This document shows positions 40,026 to 49,526 of a stretch of 64,000 nucleotides of DNA, piece by piece. A program made the position numbers and the translations under genes. The DNA lies in contig CAZTWQ010000002.1 in NCBI GenBank assembly GCA_964618315.1, positions 22,980 to 86,979 on the forward strand, in the 5' to 3' direction. Within the stretch, counting starts at the first letter, position 1. Each line of letters opens with the position of its first letter. The notes below the pieces were generated by a model. That model did not search any database, was not told the DNA's origin, and saw only the letters and a program-made list of their open reading frames with translations. The stretch is from an uncultured Methanosarcinales archaeon (GTDB lineage Archaea > Nanobdellota > Nanobdellia > Woesearchaeales > JACPBV01).

Positions 40026-41288
40026 CTAAATTCCAAACGTTTGCTTAAATTGGTTAACCATAGTATTAGGCACAAGATAACCTGAAACATCAGTATGAGT
40101 TTCTGCAAAGCAACCATATATCAATCCATAGGTCTCTTTTGCTTCCCTAACTAATTTGCTTACATCTTTTGTGTCTTTTGGTTCTGGTGTAAGCTGCATA
40201 ACTCTTGTTCTTTCTGCTGTAGGTATTAACCAATCCTGATAAACATCACAATAAAGTTCTGGGTGGGGTGATTTATTTGTTCCTTCTTTTTCATCCCTAA
40301 CATTAAGATCTCTTTGAACATTTTCAGAAGTTGGCATGCCATGGGCATTATCATATAAAGAATTAAAATGAACAATCCATGCAGGCCAGACAACTTCCCT
40401 AGCGTATGCTGCCAGATCATAATCTCCAGCTTGTTTTGGTCCATCTGCTCCAACAGCTACATGACCTATATCCATATGCGCATAAACTTGGCAAGGGCTA
40501 TTAGTTTGTATAATCCTATGCATCCTGTTCATCTGGTCTATCCCTACTGGAGCCATCCCATCATGCTGGTACATAAGTTCAGTTGTACTGGAAATACCAT
40601 AATCATTTCTGTTCAATGCAATTGCAGTCTGAATGTTTAATGCTTCTGCTTCTGTTATATTTACTGAACTATCCACCTTATCAGGTAATTTCCATCCAAA
40701 GTGACCTGCCCATTGATTGATTGAATATGTAGTCATATGCCTTTCAGGAAAGGCAGTTAAAACCCTATGGCCTCCAACAGTTCTTCCTCCAACTGCATCT
40801 GCACACCTAATCAAATTTCTATATGCCCTAGTTGCTTTTGTTTGTTGCAACACATCAAATTCAAGATGCCCTGTTTTATCTAATGCAAGCATCCTTGTAT
40901 AAAGAAATTGACCTGTTCCAGTACCCTGTATCTTAAGGTCATATTTTTGAGCTAATCTTTTGATAAGATCCACTCTCTCCTGAAGCCATCCTGGAAATTC
41001 ACCTTGAAAATCAAGACCATTAAAGATTCCTGGCTTTTCGGGATTTTCAAATATATCTTCAGCCAACTCAACTTGAAGTATGTCTGCATCTAATTGGGGT
41101 AGAAAAAGATTAGCTTCAATCTCATCTAAAGATAACCTATCGGGCCTTATAAATCCTTTATCATCAGACTGCCTGTTTATACCATATGCATAAGTGTTTA
41201 ATCCTGGAACTATAATAGGTCCTTGCTGCATCTCTGGGTCTTCCTCTTTATGGAAGGTTATGCATTGTTCTAGAGTTGGTTTTGACAT
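40026..41288 (-). CDS. hypothetical protein, possibly TIM-barrel sugar isomerase/epimerase-like (weak)
   Basis: 420 aa, Lys-poor. His/Asp-containing strands (AHMDIGHV, WIVHFNS) resemble metal-dependent sugar isomerases; this is unverified. Confidence 0.45.
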   Translation of the reverse strand: MSKPTLEQCITFHKEEDPEMQQGPIIVPGLNTYAYGINRQSDDKGFIRPDRLSLDEIEANLFLPQLDADILQVELAEDIFENPEKPGIFNGLDFQGEFPGWLQERVDLIKRLAQKYDLKIQGTGTGQFLYTRMLALDKTGHLEFDVLQQTKATRAYRNLIRCADAVGGRTVGGHRVLTAFPERHMTTYSINQWAGHFGWKLPDKVDSSVNITEAEALNIQTAIALNRNDYGISSTTELMYQHDGMAPVGIDQMNRMHRIIQTNSPCQVYAHMDIGHVAVGADGPKQAGDYDLAAYAREVVWPAWIVHFNSLYDNAHGMPTSENVQRDLNVRDEKEGTNKSPHPELYCDVYQDWLIPTAERTRVMQLTPEPKDTKDVSKLVREAKETYGLIYGCFAETHTDVSGYLVPNTMVNQFKQTFGI

Positions 41289-41334
41289 TTTTTATCCTGC
41301 ATATATTTTTAATAAAAAAGTAAAAATAAAAAAA

Positions 41335-42126
41335 CTAACCTAAAATTGATTTCATACTAATCAATAACTCTTCAAGTTTAGGCGTACCAGAAACAGGAAA
41401 AGTAACTGTTCTTGAACCAGAATCAGTAGTTGTTAAATGTAATCTAGAGTCATACATTCGGCGTTTTCTTGATGCTACTACTTTCTCTGCTACGTTTCTT
41501 GTTGTTGCTGCTTCAGCTACTTTTTTTGCTGCTGCTTCTTCATCTTCTGGTGTTGTATCCTTATAATAAGATTGGTTAGGAAAAATCCCTAATGCTCTGT
41601 CAACAAGTGCGTCTACCATATACTCGTTTGATAATCCTAATTCTCTTACTCCAGCTAATCTTTTTAATTTACTTAGTGCCTCTCCTGCTACAGTATCAGT
41701 AACTGAGCTTGAAAAACTAACTGTAACATAATGGTGATCACTAGCATCCCTCACACTTACAGTAGTACCTGGTAATGCATAGACACCCACTCTACTTACA
41801 CCATTGGTTGATTCTAATCGCTTACCCCCTGCTTGTGAATCTTCATAAGACACATTTAAACCAACCTTATCTCCAACTCCAGCTAGATATTGTTCAAACC
41901 TTGCATTCATAGCATCCCTAACTCCATCATTCATCCAGACTTGTATCATTGGTGCAGGATCAGTTGGTTTTTTTGAATCTTGTTGTGCTGGTTCAGCACC
42001 ATTATAATTCTGTCGATGCCAATCTGCAAAAATCTGATCACGTTCTGCCCTAAATGCCCATACCTCAGGACCTTTATTGTTATATACTATCTGTGCTGCT
42101 GGCGCACTTTGAGTTTCTTGTACCAT
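41335..42126 (-). CDS. hypothetical protein (atypical composition)
   Basis: 263 aa from the ATG at 42126, which is preceded by GGAGGGG. The track's TTG start at 42141 lies at the Shine-Dalgarno site. Confidence 0.5.
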   Translation of the reverse strand: MVQETQSAPAAQIVYNNKGPEVWAFRAERDQIFADWHRQNYNGAEPAQQDSKKPTDPAPMIQVWMNDGVRDAMNARFEQYLAGVGDKVGLNVSYEDSQAGGKRLESTNGVSRVGVYALPGTTVSVRDASDHHYVTVSFSSSVTDTVAGEALSKLKRLAGVRELGLSNEYMVDALVDRALGIFPNQSYYKDTTPEDEEAAAKKVAEAATTRNVAEKVVASRKRRMYDSRLHLTTTDSGSRTVTFPVSGTPKLEELLISMKSILG

Positions 42127-42270
42127 TATTATCCCCTCCAAAAATATTAATATTTAATGAAATTAAATGATGGTATTTAAATCTTTCTATCGTCTCTATT
42201 TTAAAGTAGTTAATGGTGGAAAGGTTTATAAATATAAATGAAACTGTAATGAAAAATAAGGGGATAAAAA

Positions 42271-43476
42271 ATGCCATCAGTAGTCATAGAAGGAGCAGGG
42301 AATGCAGGAAGAGCAGTACATGCACCTAGATTTCTTGAAGCAGGTTATAAGGTTACATTAGTAGATGTCAATCCAGGTCTTGTAGGTCATCTTAAAAAAG
42401 AAGGAAAGTATACTGTTGAGGTAGTTGGAGATGGTGCAAAAACATATGATGTAAGTGGTTTTGAGATGCTTCACGGCAATGAAGATAGGGATGCAGTTGT
42501 AGCAAGGATTAGAGATGCTGATCTTGCGATAACTGCAGTAGGTGAAAGAGCACTTCCTTTTATATATCCTGTTTTTGCAGAAGCATTAGGACAAAGAGGC
42601 AGACCATTGAGTGTTATTCTTGCAGAGAACATGGGTCAGCCTGAAACTGTATTTAGACAAGGAATTAATGATATTAATCCAGCAGCAGCTTCTGAAGACA
42701 TGTTATATCTTACAGGTGCGTGTATCGGCACTATGATGCCATTACCTGTTAAAGGGGAATTCTCAGTTGTCAGAAGAGAAGCATATGATAAGGTAATCAT
42801 AGCAAATCAAGCTTTTCCAGATGGCTTTCCACAAGTGCCTAACCTGGAAGGAGTTCACAATTTTCCAGCACACCTAAGTGAAAAATTATTAGTTCATAAT
42901 GGGGGGCATTCTGCATTGGCTTATTTTGCACACCAATATGGTATTGATTATATCTGGGAGGCTGCAGCCAGATCAGATCTTATGGGATATGCAAGAGCTG
43001 TTATGGACTTAGCAGGAGAAGTTCTTGTCAGGGAACATCCTGATGATTTTGATGAAGCCTATATGCAAGCCCACACCGCTGATCTAGAAGCGAGATTTGG
43101 AAATCAAAGATTAGGCGATACAGTTTACAGAGTCGGAAAAGACCTATTGAGAAAATTAGGACCTACAGATAGACTCGCCCCCACAGTCAGATTAGCACAA
43201 AAATATGGACTTGATCCTGATCCAGTTTTAAGGGCAATTGGTGTTGGAATATTCTTTTATGATGCAGTAGACGAAGATGGAAAGCCTCATGCAGGAGATG
43301 CCGCTGTAAGGGATATATTCATGAATGAGGGACACATGGATGATGGTGATGGACATAGTGGTGTAAGAAATGTATTGACAGCTGTCTGTAATTTTGACCC
43401 TCAAGTAGATAGTGCCATTATAGATAGAACATATCAACTTGCTGAGGAGTTTAATCAGAGTGTACATTCTAAGTAA
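42271..43476 (+). CDS. mannitol-dehydrogenase-family enzyme, mannitol-1-phosphate 5-dehydrogenase-like
   Basis: N-terminal IEGAGNAGRAV...VTLVDVN parallels MtlD's HFGAGNIGRGF. LVHNGGHSALAY parallels the MtlD central motif. 401 aa. Confidence 0.55.
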   Translation: MPSVVIEGAGNAGRAVHAPRFLEAGYKVTLVDVNPGLVGHLKKEGKYTVEVVGDGAKTYDVSGFEMLHGNEDRDAVVARIRDADLAITAVGERALPFIYPVFAEALGQRGRPLSVILAENMGQPETVFRQGINDINPAAASEDMLYLTGACIGTMMPLPVKGEFSVVRREAYDKVIIANQAFPDGFPQVPNLEGVHNFPAHLSEKLLVHNGGHSALAYFAHQYGIDYIWEAAARSDLMGYARAVMDLAGEVLVREHPDDFDEAYMQAHTADLEARFGNQRLGDTVYRVGKDLLRKLGPTDRLAPTVRLAQKYGLDPDPVLRAIGVGIFFYDAVDEDGKPHAGDAAVRDIFMNEGHMDDGDGHSGVRNVLTAVCNFDPQVDSAIIDRTYQLAEEFNQSVHSK

Positions 43477-43601
43477 TTTCTCTCTTTTTCCAGTAACCAC
43501 AAATTCTTATATATCATAAATTTGTTTATTAACTTCTTAACAATAACCACAAACTTTTATATACTCAACATCCATTTCTAAGTTAATTAGGGGGTAATAA
43601 T

Positions 43602-44675
43602 TTGATATCACATAGAAAATACATGGAATTAGCTTTAAAATTAGCTGAAAGGGGCAAAGGTAGTGCTTCACCTAATCCTGTAGTCGGTTCTTTGATAGTT
43701 AAGAGGGGCAGGGTTGTTGGCAGAGGCTGGCATAAAAAATGCGGTGATGATCATGCTGAAGCATGTGCTTTAAAAGAAGCTGGAGGCAAAGCTAAAGGCA
43801 GTATACTTTACGTCACTTTAGAACCATGTTCACATTGGGGTAGAACACCTCCTTGTACTAAGAAGATTGTAGAAGCAGGTGTTAGGGAAGTTGTCATTGG
43901 TATGAAAGATCCTAATCCAATAGTTAATGGTTATGAGCAACTAAGATTTATGGGGATAAAGACAAGGATAGGCATATTAGAAGAAGAATGTAAGAAATTA
44001 AATGAACCATATTCCAAGTGGATAAGAACAAAAAAACCTTTTGTGATTGTTAAAGCAGCTATGTCTTTAGATGGCAAGATTGCTACTAAAATAGGGGATA
44101 GCAAATATATCACAGGCAGAGAAGCCAGAAAATTAGTGCATGAGATGAGAGCAGAACTTGATGCAGTTATGGTCGGTATAAATACTGTTATGAAAGACGA
44201 TCCTCAATTGACAGTAAGACTTGCAAAGGGAAGAAATCCCATGAAGATTGTTGTCGATACTAAATTAAGAATACCTTTAAATTCCAAGATCATTAAAAAT
44301 GAACCTGAGAAATTGATTATAGCCACATCTAACAAAGCCAGTAAGAAAAAAGTAAAAGCATTACAGCAAAAAGGCCTTAATGTTATCCTTACAGAGCTTA
44401 AGGATGGTAAGATTGACCTGAAAAAGCTTATGAAAGAGCTTGGAAAATCTGAGATAACTTCTATTATGATAGAAGGCGGAGCAGAACTCAATGCAGAAGC
44501 ACTACGTTCAGGTATAGTTGATAAGATATTATTCTTTATCTCACCTAAGATGATTGGCAAAGGGATAGGCGCTGTAGGCGACCTGGGTATAAATAAGGTT
44601 GACAAATCAATGAATCTTAAGAGTATTGATTATAAGAAAGTTGGAAGAGATATTCTTATAGAAGGATATTTGTAA
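43602..44675 (+). CDS. ribD: bifunctional riboflavin deaminase/reductase
   Basis: HAEACAL...PCSHWGRTPPC zinc deaminase motifs plus a C-terminal reductase domain. The TTG start follows AGGGGGT. Confidence 0.9.
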   Translation: MISHRKYMELALKLAERGKGSASPNPVVGSLIVKRGRVVGRGWHKKCGDDHAEACALKEAGGKAKGSILYVTLEPCSHWGRTPPCTKKIVEAGVREVVIGMKDPNPIVNGYEQLRFMGIKTRIGILEEECKKLNEPYSKWIRTKKPFVIVKAAMSLDGKIATKIGDSKYITGREARKLVHEMRAELDAVMVGINTVMKDDPQLTVRLAKGRNPMKIVVDTKLRIPLNSKIIKNEPEKLIIATSNKASKKKVKALQQKGLNVILTELKDGKIDLKKLMKELGKSEITSIMIEGGAELNAEALRSGIVDKILFFISPKMIGKGIGAVGDLGINKVDKSMNLKSIDYKKVGRDILIEGYL

Positions 44676-44739
44676 GTTACTCATATTAGAGTAAGATTAA
44701 ACCATAATTTTTTAAATAATACCTTTTTCTTTAAATATT

Positions 44740-45345
44740 ATGTTTGGTAAGATAGAATACGCAATAAAACAATTACAAAGAGGAGACTTTATTATTCTTG
44801 TAGATGATGAAAACAGGGAAAATGAAGGCGATCTAGTCATAGCTGCAGAAAAAGCAACACCTTCAAAGCTTAATTATTTTATTAAATATGCTGGTGGTTT
44901 GATGTGCGTTCCTATGTCTGGTTCTAGATTAGATAAATTAGAAATTCCCATGATGGTTAAAGATAGTACAGACAGATTAAATACACCGTTTACTGTTTCT
45001 GTCGATGCTAAAGACAATACATCTACTGGAATGAGTGTCAATGATAGATTAGAAACTTTAAAAGTATTGCTTGATGACTCAAGTAAATCAGGTGATTTGT
45101 CAAGACCAGGTCATATGTTCCCTTTACGATCTTCTGACAATGGTGTTTTTGATAGGGAAGGTCATACTGAAGCGTCTGTTGATCTATGTAGATTAGCAGG
45201 TTTAAAGGAAATTGCTGTTATCGCAGAGATAATGAATGAAGATGGTTCAATGGCAAAGCTGCCTAATCTTGAAAAGTTTGCTAAAGAACGAAAACTTGAG
45301 ATCTATACTATAAAAGATCTGATTGAATATAGAAAGAGTAATTAA
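44740..45345 (+). CDS. ribB: 3,4-dihydroxy-2-butanone-4-phosphate synthase
   Basis: DDENRENEGDLV and GHTEAS motifs. Confidence 0.9.
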   Translation: MFGKIEYAIKQLQRGDFIILVDDENRENEGDLVIAAEKATPSKLNYFIKYAGGLMCVPMSGSRLDKLEIPMMVKDSTDRLNTPFTVSVDAKDNTSTGMSVNDRLETLKVLLDDSSKSGDLSRPGHMFPLRSSDNGVFDREGHTEASVDLCRLAGLKEIAVIAEIMNEDGSMAKLPNLEKFAKERKLEIYTIKDLIEYRKSN

Positions 45346-46370
45346 GTTGGGAAATGCCTGCTATATCTTTCAAATAATCTCCCCCATAAATCAAATTTTT
45401 CTTCTGTTGTTCTATTTGTCCTAAATGGGTTACCAGAAGAGATACCTTCTCTTAGAGGTCTTACCAATTGAACCATTGCTTTAGTTCCTCTTTCTGTTAG
45501 GGATAAACTAACAAGATCATAAGGGGTAAGTTTAGTGATAACTTCATCACTTTCTAATCTTCCAAGGGTCTTATATAAGTGTGATCTATCTGTTCTTAAC
45601 CTACCATTTAATTGACTAACAGTCATAAAAACATTGTCACCCCTAAGGAGACTTACTACTTGTTCAGAAGTTCCGCTAAGACCGCTTACTTCTGGATTTG
45701 TTAATCTATAAAGCTTTCCAGATTTAATTTCAGGCATTTCACCATCAGCAGATACAAGACCTTGTTCAATAAGCCTGGCGCATAGTTTATATGCTTGGCT
45801 AGGATTTAATTCAACAATACCCCTATCACTTTTTGTACTAGCACTTAACTGAGAATAGGTTTGAGTGCCCCCTTCATGTAAATGCTCCAATGCTTCTGCT
45901 CGACTTAAAGTTGAATTGCCTTGGCCTGTTGCAGAACCAAATGTTGCTGATAGGCATATGTCTAATTCATCTGCCTTTTCTAGAAGGAAATATAATGGTC
46001 CTACCATCCCCCTATATTCTTCGTTAGCATACCACCCATTTACAGATTCTTTGCCCCTAGTGGGATGTTTTTGTGTAGTTGTTCCTTGATCAATAAATGC
46101 AATTGATCCTTGCCCTCTTCTTGCAAAACTGGTACTCATCTCATGGATTGTTCCCTTCTTAAAATATTGCCCAGCAAAAGGGTATCTTTCTCTTAACTCA
46201 TTAGCTAAACTACCTTCAGAAACAGGCCATGAACTTGATCTATTATACATTTCAAATACTAAAGCCCTTCTTTCATCTGCTAAGCTCCATATAGTACTAC
46301 ATAATCGAGCATATCCATTATTTTGCGCCATCTGCCATTGGAAACTTATTCTTTTTTTAAATCTTACCAT
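45342..46370 (-). CDS. hypothetical protein with repeated winged-helix-like segments (atypical composition)
   Basis: 342 aa with several wHTH-like stretches (e.g. AYKLCARLIEQGLVS, LYKTLGRLESDEVITK). Its stop codon overlaps the ribB stop. Confidence 0.45.
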   Translation of the reverse strand: MVRFKKRISFQWQMAQNNGYARLCSTIWSLADERRALVFEMYNRSSSWPVSEGSLANELRERYPFAGQYFKKGTIHEMSTSFARRGQGSIAFIDQGTTTQKHPTRGKESVNGWYANEEYRGMVGPLYFLLEKADELDICLSATFGSATGQGNSTLSRAEALEHLHEGGTQTYSQLSASTKSDRGIVELNPSQAYKLCARLIEQGLVSADGEMPEIKSGKLYRLTNPEVSGLSGTSEQVVSLLRGDNVFMTVSQLNGRLRTDRSHLYKTLGRLESDEVITKLTPYDLVSLSLTERGTKAMVQLVRPLREGISSGNPFRTNRTTEEKFDLWGRLFERYSRHFPT

Positions 46371-46399
46371 TATGAGTACTAAATAGTAGTTAGATTATT

Positions 46400-46457
46400 G
46401 TCCAATACTAGACATTAATGTCTAATCTGTCTATTTCTGGTCGATAGCTTTATAAAT
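46400..46457 (+). promoter_or_regulatory. arg promoter/operator module 3 (upstream of argH)
   Basis: GTCCAATACTAGAC-ATTAAT-GTCTAATCTGTC...GTCGATAGCTTTATAAAT. It contains the perfect 16-bp palindrome TAGACATTAATGTCTA at 46409-46424. Confidence 0.6.
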
Positions 46458-46489
46458 AAGCAATAGTAATAATCCAATAGGTAAGTAAA

Positions 46490-47650
46490 ATGACTAAGAT
46501 ATGGCAAGGTAATGTAAACAAGAAGATTGAGAAGTTTACAGTAGGTAATGACTTTATAATAGATCAGAAACTATTGAAATATGATTGTATCGCTTCTATC
46601 GCACATTCAAAGATGTTAAAGAAAATTAAGATATTAACAGAGCAAGAACAAAAAAAGCTTGAAGATGAACTGAATAATATAATTGAATTAAATGATAAAT
46701 GCAAATTTACAATAAAATCAGAAGATGAAGACTGTCATACTGCTATCGAAAATCACCTTACAAAGAAATTAGGCGATCTAGGAAAAAAGATACATACTGC
46801 AAGGTCAAGGAATGACCAGGTAGTTGCTGCAATGAAACTTTATGAGAAAGATGAACTTAACGATGTTTCTAAATTAGTCAAGGACCTAATTAATGCCCTG
46901 AAAAAGATACCAGATGTTATTATGCCTGGCTATACTCATATGCAGAAGGCCATGCCTAGTTCTACTAAGCTATGGGCAGAAGGTTTTATCGAGACTTTAG
47001 AAGATGACCTTGTATTACTGTCTAGTGCTTTAGGCATTATAGATAAGAATCCATTAGGGAGTGCTGCTGGTTATGGTGTTCCATTAGATATAGACAAAAA
47101 TATTACCAAAAAAGAATTAGGATTTAAGGCTAATTATTCTTCTGTCACTTCAGTCCAGATCTCACGAGGCAAGCATGAAGCCATAATCCTGAATGCTTTG
47201 GTCAATGTGATGTATACTTTGAATAAGATAGCATCTGACATGATATTATTCTCTATGCCTGAATTTGGTTATTTTTCATTGCCTGCTGAATTCACAACAG
47301 GTAGCTCTATAATGCCTCAGAAAAAGAATCCAGATGTCTTAGAGTTAGTCAGGGGCAAGTATTCAATCGTCTTAGGCTATGAATTTCAATTGAAAAGTTT
47401 GATTGCTAATCTCATATCTGGCTATAATCGTGATCTGCAGCTGACAAAAGAGCCCTTGATGAAAGGGTTTGATACTGTTAAAGAATGTGTTGAGATAATG
47501 ACTTTGGTGGTTAATGGTCTAAAAATTAATACCAAAAAATGTACCAAAGCCATGACCTCTGAACTGTATGCTACTGAAGAAGTTTATAAATTAGTCAAAA
47601 AAGGAAAATCATTCAGGGAAGCTTATAAAGAAATAAAAAAGGCATTGTAA
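46490..47650 (+). CDS. argH: argininosuccinate lyase (short form)
   Basis: Fumarate-lyase signature GSSIMPQKKNPD and TARSRNDQ. At 386 aa it is shorter than typical ArgH. Confidence 0.85.
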   Translation: MTKIWQGNVNKKIEKFTVGNDFIIDQKLLKYDCIASIAHSKMLKKIKILTEQEQKKLEDELNNIIELNDKCKFTIKSEDEDCHTAIENHLTKKLGDLGKKIHTARSRNDQVVAAMKLYEKDELNDVSKLVKDLINALKKIPDVIMPGYTHMQKAMPSSTKLWAEGFIETLEDDLVLLSSALGIIDKNPLGSAAGYGVPLDIDKNITKKELGFKANYSSVTSVQISRGKHEAIILNALVNVMYTLNKIASDMILFSMPEFGYFSLPAEFTTGSSIMPQKKNPDVLELVRGKYSIVLGYEFQLKSLIANLISGYNRDLQLTKEPLMKGFDTVKECVEIMTLVVNGLKINTKKCTKAMTSELYATEEVYKLVKKGKSFREAYKEIKKAL

Positions 47651-47657
47651 TTCTAAG

Positions 47658-48185
47658 ATGAACAAGCTAAAGATCACTAAGATAGACAAGGAGTTGTATA
47701 ATTTTAAGGGATTTGACCACATAGGGTGCCATAAATCAGGATGTGACGATGCTTGTTGTATACATGGTGCTGATTTTGACAAAGAATCTTATGACCTTGT
47801 ATTTAAGTATAAAGACCTTATAGAAAAAGAGACAGGAATCAAAGTTAAAGACTGCTTTACAGGAGAATGGTATGATGATCCTGAATTTCTAGGCGGGAAT
47901 GCGACTGAAAGCAAGGTTTTAAGTTCTGGTTTTTGTGCTTTTCATACACCTAATGGGGAAGGTTGTATTTTGTATAAGCTAGTAAATGAAAAAGGATTAC
48001 CTAGAAGATTGATACCAACTATCTGCAGGTTATATCCATTGACATGGGGAAATCAAGAATTATTTATCGCTGAAGACCTCTACTCTAAATGCAATTGCAC
48101 CCATAAGAATTGTTCTTCTAAGAATATATTAGAGACACAGAAAGAAGAAGTTGAAGATATATTTGATATAGAATTAGATCAGTAA
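47658..48185 (+). CDS. Cys-rich protein (YkgJ/UPF0153-like zinc/iron-chelating domain)
   Basis: 175 aa with GCHKSGCDDACCIHG and further Cys clusters. It starts 7 nt after argH. Confidence 0.4.
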   Translation: MNKLKITKIDKELYNFKGFDHIGCHKSGCDDACCIHGADFDKESYDLVFKYKDLIEKETGIKVKDCFTGEWYDDPEFLGGNATESKVLSSGFCAFHTPNGEGCILYKLVNEKGLPRRLIPTICRLYPLTWGNQELFIAEDLYSKCNCTHKNCSSKNILETQKEEVEDIFDIELDQ

Positions 48186-49426
48186 GACTCTCCAGTAAAA
48201 CTTACTGGAGGATATGGCAAAACTTCAAGCTTTCGCCTTCCTAATTCAGTCATAAATGCAGTTTCTTGTTCTTGTGCAAGTGTTGGATTCTCAACTATTG
48301 GTCTTTCACCATTTACTCTAACTAATTTACGTGGTACATAAATTGTTGGCTTGTTTTCATTACCAAATATCCCTGTATCTACAAAATCTATCGATTCTTG
48401 AACATGATTTCCTGATTCAAATCCTGCTCCTAAGTTATATGAATGTGGAACTCCTGAGTCTCTTAATATTTCAACAACTCTTCTCAGTTCTGGCATACCT
48501 ATGCTTCTTTTCATTTTTCTCATAGATTCTTGTGAAAATGTTTCTGCTCCAACATCGACATCATCGATTATGCCTTTTAGCTCTGCTATATCAGAACCTA
48601 CTCTTAGTATGTCTTCTGGATGTGCAAAAACAAATATTTTAGCACCTGGACGATGCATCTCTCTGACTTCTCTTGCAAATCCCAAGAAATTATTGAAGTC
48701 ACCCCCCATCCCCCTGTTGTTTCCTATAAAAACATCAAAATCAACAACATCATTATAATCATCATCACCTAATATGCCTCGATATACCTGATGTTGATTT
48801 TTAAGATCATCAAGTGTTCTTTCTACTATTCTCCCCTGACCATCAACAAATAGACAACCAGGACATCTCTCTCCACACCCCTTAGTTGCAGAATATGTTA
48901 CTACATTATATCCTGTCTTTAATACGTATGGGGATATTATAGGAACATGACCTAAAACATTAACAAGACTTCTTGCATCTTGTTTTCTTTCCTGACTTGT
49001 TTTTAGTTTTCCTAATATAGCCAGAACTTCATCCAGTGAACTAAATTCTGTTGTTTCATAAGGATGCCCCTCAAACTTAACATCACCAATTTCATCTATA
49101 GCTCTATCAATCAATACCTCTGCCAATGATAATTTTCTGTGTTCAGAATCAACATATTTTGGATGGTCTGGCGTTAGTCTCTCAACATATCCTCTATGAA
49201 ATTGTCTATAACCAAAAATACCCCCACCACCTAATGCATGATAAACTCTAATCCCTTCATCTATACCATGATTCAGGTATTTCAATGATCCATTCCTATA
49301 GAAATTACCCCAGATCATACCTCCAGTACCTACTTCAATACGATAGTTTAATGGACCATGATAATTATCATGTACTCTGACTTTTCTGAGTGTGATCGAA
49401 AAATCATCAAATTTAATTGTTGCCAT
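48179..49426 (-). CDS. radical-SAM-like protein with ~180-aa N-terminal extension (atypical composition)
   Basis: 415 aa with CGERCPGC (CX3CX2C followed by LF) at about residue 185. It overlaps the stop region of the convergent core gene by 7 nt. Confidence 0.45.
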   Translation of the reverse strand: MATIKFDDFSITLRKVRVHDNYHGPLNYRIEVGTGGMIWGNFYRNGSLKYLNHGIDEGIRVYHALGGGGIFGYRQFHRGYVERLTPDHPKYVDSEHRKLSLAEVLIDRAIDEIGDVKFEGHPYETTEFSSLDEVLAILGKLKTSQERKQDARSLVNVLGHVPIISPYVLKTGYNVVTYSATKGCGERCPGCLFVDGQGRIVERTLDDLKNQHQVYRGILGDDDYNDVVDFDVFIGNNRGMGGDFNNFLGFAREVREMHRPGAKIFVFAHPEDILRVGSDIAELKGIIDDVDVGAETFSQESMRKMKRSIGMPELRRVVEILRDSGVPHSYNLGAGFESGNHVQESIDFVDTGIFGNENKPTIYVPRKLVRVNGERPIVENPTLAQEQETAFMTELGRRKLEVLPYPPVSFTGESY

Positions 49427-49526
49427 TTCAATCTTTGTAGTTGAGTTTCCACTTAAAAATATATGTTTTTGATACAGTCATATCTCAACCAAAAGATTTA
49501 TAATATTCTATAGTTCTTTTCTACTT

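Noticed and set aside
39860-40117. An 85-aa minus-strand ORF spanning repeat copy B.
   Set aside because: It runs antisense through the duplicated flavodoxin tail and into the 3' end of the 40026-41288 gene. Its sequence is low-complexity Leu/Ile-rich and is likely spurious.
43489-43565. Tandem AACCACAAA-N-TTATATA repeats upstream of ribD and TCATAACATAARGTTT repeats at 25478-25545, read as insertion scars at block boundaries.
   Set aside because: They are short (15-20 bp) and overlap TATA boxes. They are adequately explained as tandem promoters or terminator hairpins, and there is no matching copy at the opposite block boundary.
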